Source: Schmidtea nova
Lineage: Eukaryota
Length of the DNA stretch: 64,000 nucleotides
Direction of reading: 5' to 3'
Assembly: GCA_044892505.1 (NCBI GenBank)
Contig: CM097884.1
Location: 60,140,001-60,204,000 of the forward strand
Part shown: one piece after another, positions 62,211-64,000 of the stretch
How the letters are laid out: each line of letters starts with the position of its first letter
Position numbering within the stretch: the stretch's first letter is position 1
Notes under the pieces: model-generated
Told to the model about the DNA's origin: nothing
The model's input: only the letters and a program-made list of their open reading frames with translations
Database searches by the model: none
Position numbers and translations under genes: made by a program

Positions 62211-63229
62211 TGTAACTGAGATTCTGATATCCAAGTAGGGTTTTGATAACCATGCCATTTGACGTGATATTGTTTATGTTTCCCTTTTCCTTTAGTCTTT
62301 AGAATCTTTTCTATTCTAAATACTGTAGGTGGTGGAATAACCTGTAATTCTTGTTCATAGAATTTCCCATCAATTTCATTGTTGTCATAATCTTTAATGT
62401 TATACATGACAGGACTCTGTTTTGTATTAATTTTTGAAATTTGAAATACTTCATCACTCCAATTTGAGTCAAAGTTTTTAATGAATGGTGAAGCACTAAT
62501 TTTTGATATTCGCACATATTCTCCGATTTTATACTTTGGTTTCTTTACTTTGGGGTTTTTACGAGACAACCACAACTCTACTTGATTATCTGATGAAACA
62601 TCAATTGGTCTCAATCCATTCAATCCACGATGTGGTGAATGATTATATGAATGTACAAGTTTTGGTAAAACATGTATCCATGTTTTATTACCTTGATGTA
62701 CAAAATACTTTTTCAATTTATCACGTAATGTACGATTAAAACGTTCAACATGTGCTGCCTTGTACTGGGAATGAACAGTATAATGATTTACATGATTTTC
62801 CTTTAGAACTTGTTTCACTTTACTGTTATAGAACTCTTTACCCAAATCTGTTTGTAAATTATCAGGATGACCATCATCAAATAACATGTTGATTGCTAAT
62901 GATATTTCATTTGCAGATTTTGATTTTACTGGAATGGCTCTTGCAAACCGACTAAAAACATCAATGCATGTTAGAATATACTTGAAACCTTTGTTAATCT
63001 TTGAGTATGGAATCATTTCCATCAAATCTAATTGCCACAAATCATCAATTCCGAATGTTTTATAGGCTCTTGTAGGAAACCTTTTCAACATTGGTTTATT
63101 TAGACTGTATGCCAATTGGTTTGACAACCATGTTTGAGTCTCTTTCTTTGAGTTCAGAACTGCCTTCTTTAATTTTTTTACTCCGACGAAAGAGGCTGGA
63201 TCTTTCGGATTTGTCCAAATTTTCTCCAT
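62207..63229 (-). CDS. Mirror copy of integrase
   Basis: Identical except PASFVG vs PASFGG. Confidence 0.92.
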   Translation of the reverse strand: MEKIWTNPKDPASFVGVKKLKKAVLNSKKETQTWLSNQLAYSLNKPMLKRFPTRAYKTFGIDDLWQLDLMEMIPYSKINKGFKYILTCIDVFSRFARAIPVKSKSANEISLAINMLFDDGHPDNLQTDLGKEFYNSKVKQVLKENHVNHYTVHSQYKAAHVERFNRTLRDKLKKYFVHQGNKTWIHVLPKLVHSYNHSPHRGLNGLRPIDVSSDNQVELWLSRKNPKVKKPKYKIGEYVRISKISASPFIKNFDSNWSDEVFQISKINTKQSPVMYNIKDYDNNEIDGKFYEQELQVIPPPTVFRIEKILKTKGKGKHKQYHVKWHGYQNPTWISESQLQ

Positions 63230-63290
63230 TGCAACAATTTGATTTAAAATCAACCTTGAAATTAGGTAATGAAGGACTAGCACCCATTGT

Positions 63291-63821
63291 TTATGTTTTC
63301 GGTTTACCTAATAAACCTGCTCCTCCCAATAATGATAATGCAAGCGGTATCAATGCAGCAATAAATCCTCCATGTTGTTTATACATTATCTTTCTCATTT
63401 GTTTCCTATTCTTGCTATTTACAAGAGATAAAAGAGATTTCTTGTGTTTTTTCAAAACTTGTTTCTTGGCATTGCTAATGTTCACCTTTCCATATACAAC
63501 TTTCATTATAATGTCAAGTAAGTCATCAATCACAAATGTAGGAAATGACTGTAAAATTGTCATTCTCGATTGTTTCGGTGCCTTTAACAATGATGTAAAA
63601 TACGGTAAGCTTCGAGGAACCTTCATTTGTTTAGATTTTTTGAACTCTATACGTTGTTTCCTAGCTATTCCGTACTCTTTTGGAGGTGTGTAACTTGTTT
63701 TTGGAGGAACTCTGTTTGAAATAATCTTCTTCTTCTTCTTCTTCTTTTGTTTTCTAATTAAATTCTTTAAATTAGTTTTCTTTGTAGGTTTGAGAACGAA
63801 TTTTTGAAACGACATTTTCAT
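63291..63821 (-). CDS. Mirror copy of Lys-rich pX-like protein
   Basis: Identical protein to 56288-56818. Confidence 0.65.
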   Translation of the reverse strand: MKMSFQKFVLKPTKKTNLKNLIRKQKKKKKKKIISNRVPPKTSYTPPKEYGIARKQRIEFKKSKQMKVPRSLPYFTSLLKAPKQSRMTILQSFPTFVIDDLLDIIMKVVYGKVNISNAKKQVLKKHKKSLLSLVNSKNRKQMRKIMYKQHGGFIAALIPLALSLLGGAGLLGKPKT

Positions 63822-63838
63822 AATTCATTTTTTTTTAT

Positions 63839-64000
63839 TCAGCTTTGTTTATATATAGTCGCACCATTCTTGTTAAATATATCAGTTCTGACTCGTAAAT
63901 CATCTGGACATTTCTGAGTAAAGTTTAGAAATAAATATCCATGAGGAACTTTGGTAGCATCTTGAAATGCTTCAAGTAGAAATTTTCTATTGTTTGGATA
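63839..64000 (-). CDS. Mirror copy of packaging ATPase, 3' part (continues beyond window)
   Basis: Reverse complement of 56109-56270. Confidence 0.85.
   Translation of the reverse strand, partial: YPNNRKFLLEAFQDATKVPHGYLFLNFTQKCPDDLRVRTDIFNKNGATIYKQS

Larger units (their letters stand above)
55146..64000. mobile_element. Polinton/Maverick (adintovirus-like) element, truncated in the major capsid gene and mirrored as an inverted duplication
   Basis: Co-oriented, tightly overlapping ATPase-basic protein-integrase-minor capsid-small protein-major capsid genes. Left boundary approximate (AGT...AGTAGGGGGATGTGAGCCCCCC hairpin 55146-55177; 19-20-bp tandem 55229-55267). No pPolB or protease in the window. 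Confidence 0.92.
56109..64000. repeat. Long palindrome: arms 56109-60009 and 60100-64000 (coordinate sum 120109), 90-nt spacer
   Basis: Every ORF is mirrored (e.g. 58917-59306 + vs 60803-61192 -). Two arm differences seen: 56923 G vs T (G>V) and 59147 T vs C (silent). The right arm runs off the window. Confidence 0.97.

Overview
AT-rich eukaryotic (probably invertebrate) genomic scaffold with five N-gaps; there are no prokaryotic features, rRNA, tRNA or CRISPR arrays that I can support. Most of the window is transposon debris: four decayed Gypsy-type LTR elements or fragments, three hAT remnants, a Phantom/MULE element with tandem-repeat TIRs, a piggyBac-type MITE and several foldback MITEs. 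Three things stand out. (1) A compact PCIF1/CAPAM-family adenine methyltransferase gene on the minus strand that the ORF track splits. Its catalytic exon (FCSLFPEID..FGSLG..NPPF, 15322-15749) is phase-compatible with a 5' coding exon present in two diverged copies (27260-27866 and 42842-43448). Each copy has a 5'-UTR intron and an independent Gypsy insertion upstream. (2) A Polinton/Maverick (adintovirus-like) module (packaging ATPase, basic pX-like protein, integrase, minor capsid, small core-like protein, major capsid) that folds back inside the major capsid gene into a near-perfect palindrome of at least 3.9 kb per arm centred at 60054/60055. (3) A 3.2-kb TG...CA element with a 4-bp TSD, Pol II promoter, introns, poly(A) signal and orphan ORFs but no RT or transposase, possibly a giant coding solo LTR. 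The TE repertoire and ~50-nt introns are compatible with a triclad flatworm-like genome, but the host cannot be determined from this sequence. All family assignments come from motif recognition by eye, not database searches, and identity figures are manual estimates.
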